From: Actinomycetota bacterium
Lineage (GTDB): Bacteria; Actinomycetota; Acidimicrobiia; Acidimicrobiales; CADCSY01
Direction: 5' to 3'
NCBI GenBank assembly: GCA_019347915.1
Contig: JAHWKL010000003.1
Location: forward strand, 1-53,833
Length of the DNA stretch: 53,833 nt
The notes under the pieces were generated by a model. It was given only the letters and a program-made list of their open reading frames with translations, did no database searches and was not told the DNA's origin. Position numbers and translations under genes: made by a program. This document shows, one piece after another, positions 53,776-53,833 of the stretch; positions within the stretch are counted from its first letter, which is position 1, and each line of letters starts with the position of its first letter.

Positions 53776-53833
53776 TTACTCGCTGATGATCCCATTCTCG
53801 ACGAGGAAGTCGCGCGCCACCTGCTCGGGCTCC
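53776..53833 (-). CDS. 3' end of a gene running out of the window, possibly a glycine betaine/osmoprotectant-binding protein
   Basis: The reverse strand reads ...EPEQVARDFLVENGIISE followed by TAA (53776-53778). The ending resembles OpuAC/ProX C-termini, but only 18 codons are visible. Confidence 0.25.
   Translation of the reverse strand, partial: EPEQVARDFLVENGIISE

Overview
High-GC (about 70% by eye) actinobacterial chromosomal segment, densely coding, with about 70 supportable genes. No rRNA, tRNA or CRISPR array was seen. The many long Arg/Gly/Pro-rich ORFs in the track are antisense or off-frame artefacts of the GC content. Recognisable blocks, left to right: (1) an S9 peptidase, a patatin-like lipase, DUF3151, an MFS transporter, a SirB1-like protein and a GDPD; (2) an acyl-ACP desaturase, an AlkA-like glycosylase, ArfB, a GNAT and an Nfu_N protein; (3) the ergothioneine operon egtABCD at 14369-18730, with overlapping start and stop codons; (4) a class A PBP; (5) a YbdK-type carboxylate-amine ligase directly followed by a C26 gamma-glutamyl hydrolase; (6) a PRTase-dienelactone hydrolase fusion; (7) a DUF305 lipoprotein, a TlpA-like redoxin and a His-rich membrane protein that form a putative envelope metal/redox cluster; (8) a seven-gene MoxR/DUF58 envelope cluster at 29955-36735, whose function is uncharacterised; (9) the ectoine/hydroxyectoine operon ectABCD at 38296-41508; (10) two secreted proteins that share an unassigned C-terminal domain; (11) a znuA-znuC-znuB-zur operon divergent from an SmtB-type repressor coupled to a 98-aa tandem-repeat protein that is about 28% histidine; (12) a lower-GC patch with vapBC and a decayed HepT toxin remnant. 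The best candidates for something undescribed are the SmtB/His-repeat protein module, the shared secreted C-terminal domain, the translationally coupled MoxR cluster, a MITE-like inverted-repeat element with 11-bp flanking direct repeats, and an in-frame TGA that splits a lipoprotein gene. All family calls rest on motif and pattern recognition in the translations. No database search was run.
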